Of a stretch of 64,000 nt of DNA, positions 55,892-64,000 are shown in pieces. Positions within the stretch are counted from its first letter, which is position 1; each line of letters begins with the position of its first letter. The position numbers were made by a program, and so were the translations under genes. This DNA is from an uncultured Chloroflexia bacterium (GTDB taxonomy: Bacteria > Chloroflexota > Anaerolineae > Anaerolineales > UBA4823), in assembly GCA_963849335.1 (NCBI GenBank), contig CAWKGZ010000012.1, positions 336,542 to 400,541 on the forward strand. The letters are read 5' to 3'. The notes below the pieces were generated by a model. The model did not search any database. It saw nothing but the letters and a program-made list of their open reading frames with translations, and was not told the origin of the DNA.

Positions 55892-57223
55892 TCACTCCAC
55901 TGGATCAAAACTAATATCGATATACGGCAACGGCGCTCCGCTCACCTGTTCTTCCAGGTCGGTGCGCTGCGGTTGGGGCACGTGGGGTTTGACCGACTGC
56001 GGCTTTTTCGCTTCAACGTACGCCGTGCGGCTGTTCACCACCCGCCTCCCAATCGTCTCTATCAGCTCGGCATTGGGGATCGAAGGCCAGCGCGTCGTCC
56101 GCTCTGTCGAAGCCACGGCGTAAGCGCGAGGGGTTTCCCCCGGCTGGGGAAGGGGCAACAGCGCGTCCAGGATCTGGTTGATGGCCGGAATTTTCCCTTT
56201 TTTATCCGCCGGCGCCCACGGCGTGGCATTCTCGCTGCCGTGGTGGCCAATTTTGAGAAAGTCCAGCGGCTGGGCAAGGTCGGCATGCCGCTCCTGCCAC
56301 ATCACATTCCAGCTGCTGTTGCTCTTTCCTGGCTTCACCGCAATGTTATTTTTACCGCTCCACTCGGCGTCGCCGGGGAAGAGCAGGCGGCGCCCGTGCC
56401 ATTCGAGCAGCAGCACCACGCTCAGGTTGTTCTCCGTTTTGCCGGCCAGCTCCGCTGCCGCCAGCGCGTTGGCCTGGATGCGGCCGCGCAGCAGCTCAAA
56501 ATCCTGGGCACTGATGTTGCGCGGTGTGCGCACCACTTTCTGCTCTTCGCCGGGAAACAGCGCCTGGTACCCCTCCGCCATCCCCTGCGGTGCAGCGCCG
56601 CTCGGCGCATTCATCAGGCCGGTACCACCCAGGTAGTAAGCATCGATTTCTGCCATCGGGCCGAGAACCTTGAGCTCGACCGCCGGGTCTTCAAAGATCT
56701 TCAGCTCGCCAGGGGGCGTGTCGGCGGTCACATACACGGGCAAAATGCCTTTGTCCATGCCCTTGCACAGCAAATCGACCGCTTCTTCCTTGGACAGGCT
56801 GAGCAGCTCTTCGACCTGCGCTTTCATCTCCCCGGCAGCAAAGGCCGAGAGGCCCCTCAGGGCGCGCTGGGCAGCCGCCTTTAATGCCTGAAAGCCTTGG
56901 GCTTTGGGATTGAGCCGGTCGAATGCCGGGCTGAGCCAGATGTGGCCGATTTCGATATTTTTGAAGAACTCTTCTTCAAAGCCTTTGTGATGGTCTTCGT
57001 GGGGGTGGCTGACTACAAGCAGGTCAAGGCGTTTTTTGCCCGGTGAACCCGCCGGAAGCTCGTCCTCCAGGTGCTTGATACACTCGCCCAGCCGGTCCAG
57101 GGTATTGAATTTGTTGCCACAGTCGATCAGGATATGGACTTCCCGGTGCAGGTCGGGCACGCGCAGGTAGATGCAGTCGCCCAGGCCAACGTTGTACAGG
57201 CGCACTAATAATTGACCGTCCAT
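55892..57223 (-). CDS. metallo-beta-lactamase-fold hydrolase
   Basis: VGLGDCIYL...ILIDCG and VVSHPHEDHHKG (HxHxDH, 56987-57007), later KIGHHGS. GAGGAGG RBS. The start overlaps the upstream gene's stop by 19 nt. Confidence 0.8.
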   Translation of the reverse strand: MDGQLLVRLYNVGLGDCIYLRVPDLHREVHILIDCGNKFNTLDRLGECIKHLEDELPAGSPGKKRLDLLVVSHPHEDHHKGFEEEFFKNIEIGHIWLSPAFDRLNPKAQGFQALKAAAQRALRGLSAFAAGEMKAQVEELLSLSKEEAVDLLCKGMDKGILPVYVTADTPPGELKIFEDPAVELKVLGPMAEIDAYYLGGTGLMNAPSGAAPQGMAEGYQALFPGEEQKVVRTPRNISAQDFELLRGRIQANALAAAELAGKTENNLSVVLLLEWHGRRLLFPGDAEWSGKNNIAVKPGKSNSSWNVMWQERHADLAQPLDFLKIGHHGSENATPWAPADKKGKIPAINQILDALLPLPQPGETPRAYAVASTERTTRWPSIPNAELIETIGRRVVNSRTAYVEAKKPQSVKPHVPQPQRTDLEEQVSGAPLPYIDISFDPVE

Positions 57224-59280
57224 CCGTCCTCCTCTTTGTCATACTCGCCGGCGCGCAGGTGCGGGGTCACCTCGAAACGCACGACACCTGCCTGCTCGAA
57301 AGCCGTGACCGGCCTGGATGCTTCACTGAAACGGCTCTCCGCCTGGGTGGGGCCAACCAGCCCATTGCGGATGACCGCCGACAGGTAGCCCAACAGGGCT
57401 TGCTTGCGCTGCCGTCCAACCTCTAAATCCTTGAGCAGCCCCAACTCCAATTTGGTGGGGATATCGTTACGCTTGAGCGCCGTGGGGGCGGCTTGATAAA
57501 TTGCCAGGCGCCGGCGGATATCTTGTTCTTCAGTTTCAGCGAGGTGCTCGGTGCCGGGTTTTCGGAACCAGGAGAGCAGGTTGCCGCGCTCGTCAAAGAC
57601 CAGCGTCCCGCCGCAGTCCAGGTTGTAGGTCTTGCCATTCCAGGTCTTGAAATCCAGGTCAGCCTCTCGGTCTTTCTTTAGCTCGACAACCTCCTGCCAG
57701 GCGTATTGCAGCACGATTTCGCGCGGCAGGCGCTCAGCCGCCGCTCCGATTTTAATGGTATCGTACAAGTCCACCACGCGCACATCCTGGTGGGGAGGGA
57801 TGTGCAGCAGACGGCGATTGTCGCTCAGGAAATAGTAGGCCGCAGTGCGCGAGCGGGAGAGACGCCCAATGTCGGGATAAACGAAATCCATCCGCTCTTG
57901 GGACAGCACTTCTCTGAAGGCACAATCTTCGAGCAAATCCTTCCCCGGTTTATACTGGCAGGTGCACAGGCCGCGTGCATGAAAGACATCCAGCATCGCC
58001 GGGCGGTAGCCCTGCTCATCCACCGGATTGGTGAGGATATCATTGCGGATCACCGCCCTGGCGTAATCAATGAATTGGATGTCGCAGGGCGGACACAGGT
58101 CAATTGGCTGTAAAGCCACCCGGCGGAAGCGATCCGCCGCCCAATACAAGGCCTGGGCGGGGGTCACTTTTTTCCCTAACAGGTTCTTCTGCAGGTGCTT
58201 GGTGGCAATGGTGACCAGGATCTCCCACATGGCACCGGTCAGCACCTGCGAAACAGTGTGCGGCACCAGGCTGCCAGCAACATCTTTCATTTTTAGCTTA
58301 TTAAAAGCGGTACGCAGGTAATCTCGCCCCGCAACTTCCTGCCCAAACTCCTTAGCCAGGTCAGCCACAACATTGGCTCCTGCCAGGCCTGCGGATGTCT
58401 GGCTGACAAAACGGCGGATATCATGATTGAACAGCGCCATCAGGATGGCGGTCAGGTCGCCAATGAACTCGTGAAAAGCGGCGGTTTGCAGCGACGAGAG
58501 CTGGTTGTACATTGGCCGGATGCCATCCAGGATGGCATGCCCGGTCTCGTGGGCGATGATGTCATGCGAGAGGCAGGTGTAGCGCGGGCTCTGCTGGTCG
58601 CCGTAATAGTAAAACTGCAGCGATTTGGAATGCTGGTCGTAATACGCATTATCTCCATAGCCGGCATGCGGGACGATGATCAGGCGGTTGCCGTCAAAAC
58701 CCCAGGGCACCGGGCGTCCCAAAGCCCAGGGTTCTTCATAAAATTCCAACACGCGCTGGACAACCGCCCAGGCATTCAGCTGGTGAAAATAGGGGTTCTT
58801 GACTGTTTTATCGATGAATTGCTGATACTGCTGCTTATATTTTTCCGGGTTCTTTATCTGCTTGGGATCATCAATATCTTCAGGGACCTTGGGTGCACCC
58901 GGCAGCCAGTCTGTCTCAGAAATGGGGGTGTGAAACCAACCTTCTACTTCATCCCAAACCACCGGATCCAGCAGCGTTTGGGTATCCGCGTTAAAATCGA
59001 CCACTGCAATGCGCGCACTGGTTGGGCCGGCGCTTATATTCTTCTCTAACCGCACATAAATTTCCTGCACCCCCAAGGTGGGATTTTCCAGCGCCACCAG
59101 GGGGTCTTTGATGAACACCGGAAGCTTCATCATCAAGCCCACATCCTGGCGGGTTTCCTTAGCGATCTGGTAGTATACCGGGTACAGGTCGTCCGTCACC
59201 GATTTATTCAGCTTGATCATGGCGCCGCGCCGCCATGGCTTTTGCGGGCCATTTTTATTATTCGTTTTCTGATCAGTCAT
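57205..59280 (-). CDS. thermolysin-like (gluzincin) zinc metalloprotease, no signal peptide
   Basis: IAHETGHAILDG (HExxH, 58537-58551), followed about 20 aa later by AAFHEFIGDL (ExxxD third ligand). Start set at MTDQK (59280, GGAGGA RBS) rather than the longer track ORF. Confidence 0.7.
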   Translation of the reverse strand: MTDQKTNNKNGPQKPWRRGAMIKLNKSVTDDLYPVYYQIAKETRQDVGLMMKLPVFIKDPLVALENPTLGVQEIYVRLEKNISAGPTSARIAVVDFNADTQTLLDPVVWDEVEGWFHTPISETDWLPGAPKVPEDIDDPKQIKNPEKYKQQYQQFIDKTVKNPYFHQLNAWAVVQRVLEFYEEPWALGRPVPWGFDGNRLIIVPHAGYGDNAYYDQHSKSLQFYYYGDQQSPRYTCLSHDIIAHETGHAILDGIRPMYNQLSSLQTAAFHEFIGDLTAILMALFNHDIRRFVSQTSAGLAGANVVADLAKEFGQEVAGRDYLRTAFNKLKMKDVAGSLVPHTVSQVLTGAMWEILVTIATKHLQKNLLGKKVTPAQALYWAADRFRRVALQPIDLCPPCDIQFIDYARAVIRNDILTNPVDEQGYRPAMLDVFHARGLCTCQYKPGKDLLEDCAFREVLSQERMDFVYPDIGRLSRSRTAAYYFLSDNRRLLHIPPHQDVRVVDLYDTIKIGAAAERLPREIVLQYAWQEVVELKKDREADLDFKTWNGKTYNLDCGGTLVFDERGNLLSWFRKPGTEHLAETEEQDIRRRLAIYQAAPTALKRNDIPTKLELGLLKDLEVGRQRKQALLGYLSAVIRNGLVGPTQAESRFSEASRPVTAFEQAGVVRFEVTPHLRAGEYDKEEDGWTVNY

Positions 59281-59320
59281 CTCTGCATCCTCCAGAACTG
59301 CCCCATCTCTTGGGCATCTC

Positions 59321-61288
59321 CTACTTATAACTTGCCACCAGCTTACCCGCCTTACCACCCGTGACACGCACCCAGATCGGGTTGGTGAAGCAGCAGAAAA
59401 GCTCACCGTCCGGGCCGGCGGTTTGGGCGAACAAACGGCAGTAGCCCTGTAACCCGTTCAATTGGATCGTCACGGTATCCCCTTTCTGCAGGATCGTTTT
59501 CACCGGCTTTCGACGATGGCGGAAGCAGGTGACCAGCTCGACCTGCTCCGCCGGGCCAAATTCGGGCGTGGTGAACGCCTGGATCTTCAGATCAATATCC
59601 TGACTGCCCGAGACAGTAATCACCTCCCCCAGATGGGCGGTTTTACCCTGCTGCTCTACGGAGAAGGTGACGATCGGGCCGTCTGTGACCACGCAGGAGC
59701 CTTTGCGCATCGCCGCCAGGATCTCTGCCTCCGGCGGGATGGCATCCGTGTAGGCATCCGGCAGGTATACGACCGTGCGTACCTTGCCAAGCGCATCGTC
59801 ATCGACAATCAGCCGCCGGCGGTAATCCCAGCTCATGCCGACGCTGTAATTGAAGCTACCATGCGCATCTGAGCCTGCCAGGAAGACCGGGCGCAAGCCG
59901 GGAAGCCGGTCAGCTGCAGACCAGTTTGCCAGGCCCTGGCGCAGTGCCAGCTCCCATTCGCCATCCGCCCAGGCTTTAACTTTCTTGATTCGTTTTTGAT
60001 CCTGCTTGATCAGCTCGGCGGGGTCTGACCACTTTTTACTATCGAATGGGTTGAGCGTCAGGTGTGCGCTGCGCCGGATGCGCGCATTCCAGAACTCGAA
60101 GCCCGTCAGGCGGGGGTGGGATAAATGTTCATTCACCCATTTTCCGGGAGGCGGCGGCTGAGCTAACTGGAAGGGGTGGGCGGCGAAGAGCAGCGTCTGT
60201 GGTGGGAGCAGGGTGAGGACTTTTTCAAAGGGGTGGACCTTGCCAAACATGCGCCGGGCTTCATCCTTTGAATAGCCACCGTTCTTGGCTGCCTGGTGCA
60301 GCAATGCCTGGATGGTCTCCTGGAACACCTCGGTCATGAAACCGCCCTCATCGGGCAGGAAGGCGCCCTCGACCATCTTGTCCATTCCCCCAAAAGCCAG
60401 CATGTGGACCAGGGTGTCCCCCTTGCCAAGCAGGGTGATCTCTTCACCCAGGATGCAGCGGAACTGGTCGTTGGAGACGTTTGGGTTCGCCGTGTCGGCT
60501 TTCAAGCGCTCCCAACGGGTTTGCGGGCTGACGTCCGGGTCAACGTCATCAAGGTCGCAGGAATGATCGGTGATCACCAGCCAATCCAGGCCAAGAGCAT
60601 GTGCCGCCGTACACGACTCGGGCACCGGGTTGCCAAGCTCCTTGATGTCGTTGGTATACACCGAGTGGTAGTGGGTGTCGCCATAGAACCAGCGCCGGGG
60701 CTGGTGTGTATTTGCCGCCCGGCTTAACGGCAGGGCATGCCCGGCGAGGAATGTTTCCAGATGGATGTAGATATGGGATGGCTTATCATAGGGGTAATAG
60801 CTGCCATGAAAACCCACCCGCAGGCGCAAAGGTTTGCCGCGCACAGCCCCCTTGAATTTTGCCAGGGGGATCTTCAGGCTGTGCCACCAGGTTCTGAGTT
60901 GGAACATGCCATTGCCGTTCACCCTGGGCAGGTCGGCGGGCAGCAGCGCCAGCACGTCCTCCCAGACCACGCCAGGCATCCACTGCTGAATTTTCAGCAT
61001 ATCCAGCCGCCAGGGACCCTTGGCGGGCTTCACGATATTGGTATCTCTGACCAGGAAGAGCAGCGGAATTTTATTTTGATCTGGCTCAAGCCTCCAGGGA
61101 GCGTCAGCCCAAAATTCGGGTTGGTTTTTCCCGACCGGAGTCTCGGCACTGAGGGGCAGCGGTGCGACGGTAGGCAAGCCAGGCGTAGGAGCGCTTACCT
61201 TGGGCGGTTTTACGCCAAAGACGCCTTTGAGGAACTTGAGGGCCTGATCTTGCTGCTGCTGGTAATCTTTATCATGATTGCTCATCAT
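59321..61288 (-). CDS. PHP-domain metal-dependent phosphoesterase with large N- and C-terminal extensions
   Basis: FYGDTHYHS (60663-60682), LVITDHS and AGSDAHG motifs typical of the PHP fold. 655 aa. GGAGGTGA RBS. Confidence 0.7.
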   Translation of the reverse strand: MMSNHDKDYQQQQDQALKFLKGVFGVKPPKVSAPTPGLPTVAPLPLSAETPVGKNQPEFWADAPWRLEPDQNKIPLLFLVRDTNIVKPAKGPWRLDMLKIQQWMPGVVWEDVLALLPADLPRVNGNGMFQLRTWWHSLKIPLAKFKGAVRGKPLRLRVGFHGSYYPYDKPSHIYIHLETFLAGHALPLSRAANTHQPRRWFYGDTHYHSVYTNDIKELGNPVPESCTAAHALGLDWLVITDHSCDLDDVDPDVSPQTRWERLKADTANPNVSNDQFRCILGEEITLLGKGDTLVHMLAFGGMDKMVEGAFLPDEGGFMTEVFQETIQALLHQAAKNGGYSKDEARRMFGKVHPFEKVLTLLPPQTLLFAAHPFQLAQPPPPGKWVNEHLSHPRLTGFEFWNARIRRSAHLTLNPFDSKKWSDPAELIKQDQKRIKKVKAWADGEWELALRQGLANWSAADRLPGLRPVFLAGSDAHGSFNYSVGMSWDYRRRLIVDDDALGKVRTVVYLPDAYTDAIPPEAEILAAMRKGSCVVTDGPIVTFSVEQQGKTAHLGEVITVSGSQDIDLKIQAFTTPEFGPAEQVELVTCFRHRRKPVKTILQKGDTVTIQLNGLQGYCRLFAQTAGPDGELFCCFTNPIWVRVTGGKAGKLVASYK

Positions 61289-61394
61289 TCACCTCCATAC
61301 TTCTAATGCCCGCATTTCACCTCATTTGGTATTAACCAAGAGATGCACAGGCAAGGGTTAGGATTTGGATAAGTTGAAAATGGCCGGGATAGCC

Positions 61395-62129
61395 TCATTC
61401 AAGCTTACCGGTGAACCGCTTCGCTGTATTCAGGATGAAATTCCACAGAGGCCAGGGGCTGGTGCCGATGATGAACGCAAACGCCACCATGATTGTCGGC
61501 ACGGACAGGTCGATGGTGATCGCATTGCTGTTCGCCAGGGTGAATTCCAGCTTTACCAGCGAGAGCAGCAGGACGGTGATCAACACCAGAATCGGTGTGG
61601 CGACAATGTGGGCAAGATGCATCAGCACGCCCTCCCGGTAAAAACGATGGCTGCGCAAGTACCAGCCGGTGGTGAAGATTTTGCTCACCAGGATACCTGC
61701 CAGCCCCCAAAGTAATATTTCAAGGTAGCGCAGGGGGTCTTCTGACCAGATACTGAAACCATCGCCTGAATCGACGAGAAATAGATGCGCTACCATGTAC
61801 AGGATGATCACCGCCCAAAAGAGACCAAACACGATCCAAAAAAATACGCGACCCGCTTTGTCATCGACGGTTTCTGCGATGCGTTCCAAATAAATCTTGA
61901 TATCCGTCCGGTCTTGATCCATGTCAAGCTGCTGCGGTTCGCTGGCGAAACTTCCCGTTTCCAGGGCAACAAAGGTCCACATGCCTGGCGTTGGAATGTC
62001 CAGGGTAAATTCGCCACCATCGTCGGTCGTTGCGTATTTGGTTTGACCGGCTTTGTAGGCTTTTATGGTGGCATAAGAAACGCGCTCTTTTCCCCCTGAT
62101 CGATAAATCGTACCTGAAGCTGTAGACAT
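61395..62129 (-). CDS. membrane protein: N-terminal carboxypeptidase-regulatory-like beta-sandwich plus about 4 TM helices
   Basis: GTIYRSGG..ATIKAY...TTDDGGEFTLDIPTPGMWTF, then hydrophobic helices (VFFWIVFGLFWAVIILYMVAHLF, and others). AAGGAGG RBS. First gene of the co-directional cluster. Confidence 0.5.
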   Translation of the reverse strand: MSTASGTIYRSGGKERVSYATIKAYKAGQTKYATTDDGGEFTLDIPTPGMWTFVALETGSFASEPQQLDMDQDRTDIKIYLERIAETVDDKAGRVFFWIVFGLFWAVIILYMVAHLFLVDSGDGFSIWSEDPLRYLEILLWGLAGILVSKIFTTGWYLRSHRFYREGVLMHLAHIVATPILVLITVLLLSLVKLEFTLANSNAITIDLSVPTIMVAFAFIIGTSPWPLWNFILNTAKRFTGKLE

Positions 62130-62452
62130 AATTCCTCCTTGCGATGATTGGGTTGGGGATTAGACGAATAAATAAAATAGAAGCCGTCATGTCAAGTGAC
62201 GACTTCTTGAAGGTAGCAGAACAATGGCAACGATGGCAACAAGACCCTTCTGTCACCTAACCGGGCAGTGCTTAAATTCATTTCACAATAGTATTATATA
62301 TCCCTATTGTCATAAGTCAACACTTTGAGCGAGCAATGTGATCTCCTAGCGCCTAGACAAATCCAGAGAATGATGAACACCATGTGTTCAAAAAAGGCGG
62401 CTATATATTGGGGCTATCTACGCCGCAACGAAGAACTAAAAATCGGCTACCC

Positions 62453-62749
62453 TGTGGATAACTCGCGAAAAACTGTGGATAAAGTGCTTTAACTGGGGAG
62501 AAACCGGGAATTCTATCTGATTTTGTTTTTCTGCTTACCCCTATATGTGGGGGGTGCTTTTGGGCACCCCCCATGGAGCACAACTGCCTGTGGGATGGGG
62601 AAAACAGGCTCTTTTTCTCCAATGTTATCCCGGTTCGCCCTGTGGAGAGAAAACACGGTTTTACCACCCAGGGATGGATGGCTGACCAGGTCGCCCCCCA
62701 TATCCCCGGCAGCCCAATCCCGCACAGGTGTTTTCTCCACTTATCCACA
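62453..62749. promoter_or_regulatory. DnaA-box cluster (three perfect TTATCCACA boxes) in a 664-bp AT-rich non-coding region
   Basis: TGTGGATAA at 62453-62461 and at 62474-62482 (same orientation, 21 bp apart). TTATCCACA at 62741-62749 (opposite orientation). Degenerate boxes at 62641-62649 and 62733-62741. AT-rich tracts at 62288-62320 and 62764-62799. Confidence 0.55.
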
Positions 62750-62793
62750 ACCCCTACTACGACGACTATATATATACTGATAACAATAAAAGG

Positions 62794-64000
62794 TTAATCT
62801 TCTCCCTTCAAATTCAGCGGCAAGTAGATCACCCAGGACTCAGGCAGCAGGGGCAGCTCAAAATCCTGAGTAACCAGCGTATCAGCCACAACGGTAACTT
62901 CGCTCACCGTGACTGGTGGATAACCGTCGGCGCTGACCGTGGCGGTGTAAACACCGGCGGGAAGTAAGGAAGTGTAATAACCGTTGGAGTCGGTCAGGGT
63001 GTTGAAAGTGTACCCCAGCGGGTTGGTGAAGACCAGGGTGGCGCCCGGAATGGGATCAGCACTGCTGGCGGCGCTCACCGTGCCGTCCAGCGAGCCGGTA
63101 GGGAGCCGGCAGTTGCTCATGTGGGCGAAGGTGGCAAGGGATGCTTTGACGAAGTCGGTGTAGTAGGGCATGTTGAGATATTGCAGCTGGTCATTGGTGG
63201 TGTGATAGTAGTCGTTAAAATCAGAGTCGTCTTCGATTGCCAGGATGGAGACGTAATTGAAGTCCCAAAAGGAAGCATGGTCGCTGGCGCCCATACCGGT
63301 ATCAAAAATATCTGCATCCAGGTTTATCGCATAGGCGGTAATGACATCGCTAAACAGTTGCGCCAGTTCCAGCGTGGCAGGCATCTCGTCCCAGGCGTGC
63401 AGGTCGATCCCCGGGCGGTTATCAGAGTTCCATGCGATCATATCCAGATTGATGTACCCCAGGATGGTCTCCTTCTGCAGCCTGGACCGCTCGGCATATT
63501 CATAACTGCCGAGCAGGCCCTGTTCCTCACCGGTCCAGAAGGCAAAGCGCAGCGTGCAGCCCGAGTAGTATTGGGAGAATATCTTCGCCGCCAACATGGT
63601 CGCCACCGAGCCGCTGGCATTGTCATCCGCGCCAGGGGCGATCGAGCCGGTGGGCATGTCGTCCAGGTGACCGCCGATAATGTAAATATTGCGCGGGGTG
63701 ACCAACCCGGGCATCTTGCCGATCACATTGGGAGGCGTGCCGGTTTCCCAGGTGTGGTATTCCACCGTCAGCCCCAGGTCGCTCAGGTACTCGCCGACGT
63801 ATTGGGTGGCTTTCTGGATTGGTTCACCGCTGTAGGTGTAGCGGGTATTGATGTCATAAGGTTCCCCTCCAACAGTGACCAATGTCTCGCCGCTCAGGCC
63901 GCTGGTCAGGTCATACACCTCGCTCTCCGTGACCTGGTCGATGATTTGTTGGACGAGCGGGTCAGGGACGACCACGGCGGGGAAGATGTCGGCTTCTGCA
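62794..64000 (-). CDS. M28-family aminopeptidase with C-terminal carboxypeptidase-regulatory-like domain (5' end runs off the window)
   Basis: GGHLDD, PGADDNASGSVATML and TGEEQGLLGS zinc-ligand motifs. The frame stays open to base 64000. The C-terminus reads GATLVFTNPLGYTFNTLTDSNGYY...GVYTATVSADGY. Confidence 0.8.
   Translation of the reverse strand, partial: AEADIFPAVVVPDPLVQQIIDQVTESEVYDLTSGLSGETLVTVGGEPYDINTRYTYSGEPIQKATQYVGEYLSDLGLTVEYHTWETGTPPNVIGKMPGLVTPRNIYIIGGHLDDMPTGSIAPGADDNASGSVATMLAAKIFSQYYSGCTLRFAFWTGEEQGLLGSYEYAERSRLQKETILGYINLDMIAWNSDNRPGIDLHAWDEMPATLELAQLFSDVITAYAINLDADIFDTGMGASDHASFWDFNYVSILAIEDDSDFNDYYHTTNDQLQYLNMPYYTDFVKASLATFAHMSNCRLPTGSLDGTVSAASSADPIPGATLVFTNPLGYTFNTLTDSNGYYTSLLPAGVYTATVSADGYPPVTVSEVTVVADTLVTQDFELPLLPESWVIYLPLNLKGED

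Noticed and set aside
59281-59406. 42-codon upstream extension of the metalloprotease ORF
   Set aside because: It overlaps the end of the PHP gene and has no RBS. The ATG at 59280 has a GGAGGA RBS at ideal spacing.
62411-62450. GGGGCTATCTACGCCGCAACGAAGAACTAA, superficially like a tmRNA 5' end plus tag ORF
   Set aside because: There is no matching 3' tRNA-like acceptor or T-arm downstream, and the putative tag does not end in the usual hydrophobic ...LAA-type sequence.
62401-62797. Four overlapping 74-115-aa ORFs on both strands inside the long non-coding region
   Set aside because: They mutually overlap, have no RBS, have odd composition, and span the hairpin and DnaA boxes. I treat the region as non-coding.
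1-64000. CRISPR arrays, rRNA genes, prophage or integrase modules next to the two tRNAs
   Set aside because: I found no regularly spaced direct repeats, no rRNA-like sequence, no integrase/recombinase ORF, and no duplicated tRNA 3' ends on visual inspection. This was not an exhaustive computational scan.

Overview
This is a high-GC (roughly 60% by eye) bacterial chromosomal window. I guess a Chloroflexota-like organism, from the PT-rich linkers, lipoprotein signals and gene content, but this cannot be verified from the window alone.

Most of the window is ordinary housekeeping and transport:
- a Fur-box-controlled fur-feoA-feoB-feoC iron operon
- a BMP/nucleoside-type ABC transporter
- cdd, a CNNM/CorC protein, glmU, and tRNA-Gln
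- an 11-kb Opp/Dpp-type peptide ABC operon with two tandem large binding proteins and an ECF sigma factor
- rsgA, a class B PBP, maf, xpt-guaA, pepF, ychF, tRNA-Leu, glgC, OsmC, and an MFS/ArsR pair

Accessory or unusual content:
- a HepT/MntA toxin-antitoxin pair
- a REP-flanked RAYT (Y1 transposase) whose right-hand REP has been hit by an IS4/IS50-like element with perfect 18-bp inverted repeats and a 9-bp target duplication
- a bacterial RIO-type kinase preceded by a promoter, a 21-codon sORF and a terminator

The most interesting part is a roughly 10-kb minus-strand cluster at 51.9-62.1 kb. It encodes a membrane protein, a PHP phosphoesterase, a thermolysin-like metalloprotease, an MBL-fold hydrolase, a PD-(D/E)xK-like/TPR protein and a long patatin lipase. 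None has a signal peptide and no known sensor NTPase is present. I could not assign this combination to any named system, so I flag it as a candidate novel conflict or programmed-death module.

Directly upstream of that cluster is a 664-bp AT-rich non-coding region with three perfect DnaA boxes. It could be an oriC or another DnaA-controlled region.

Seven conserved genes carry single apparent frameshifts (HI0933-like, mntA, feoB, a BMP permease, oppD-like, a peptide binding protein, ychF). This looks more like assembly indels than real decay.

All family assignments come from motifs read by eye. No database search was run.
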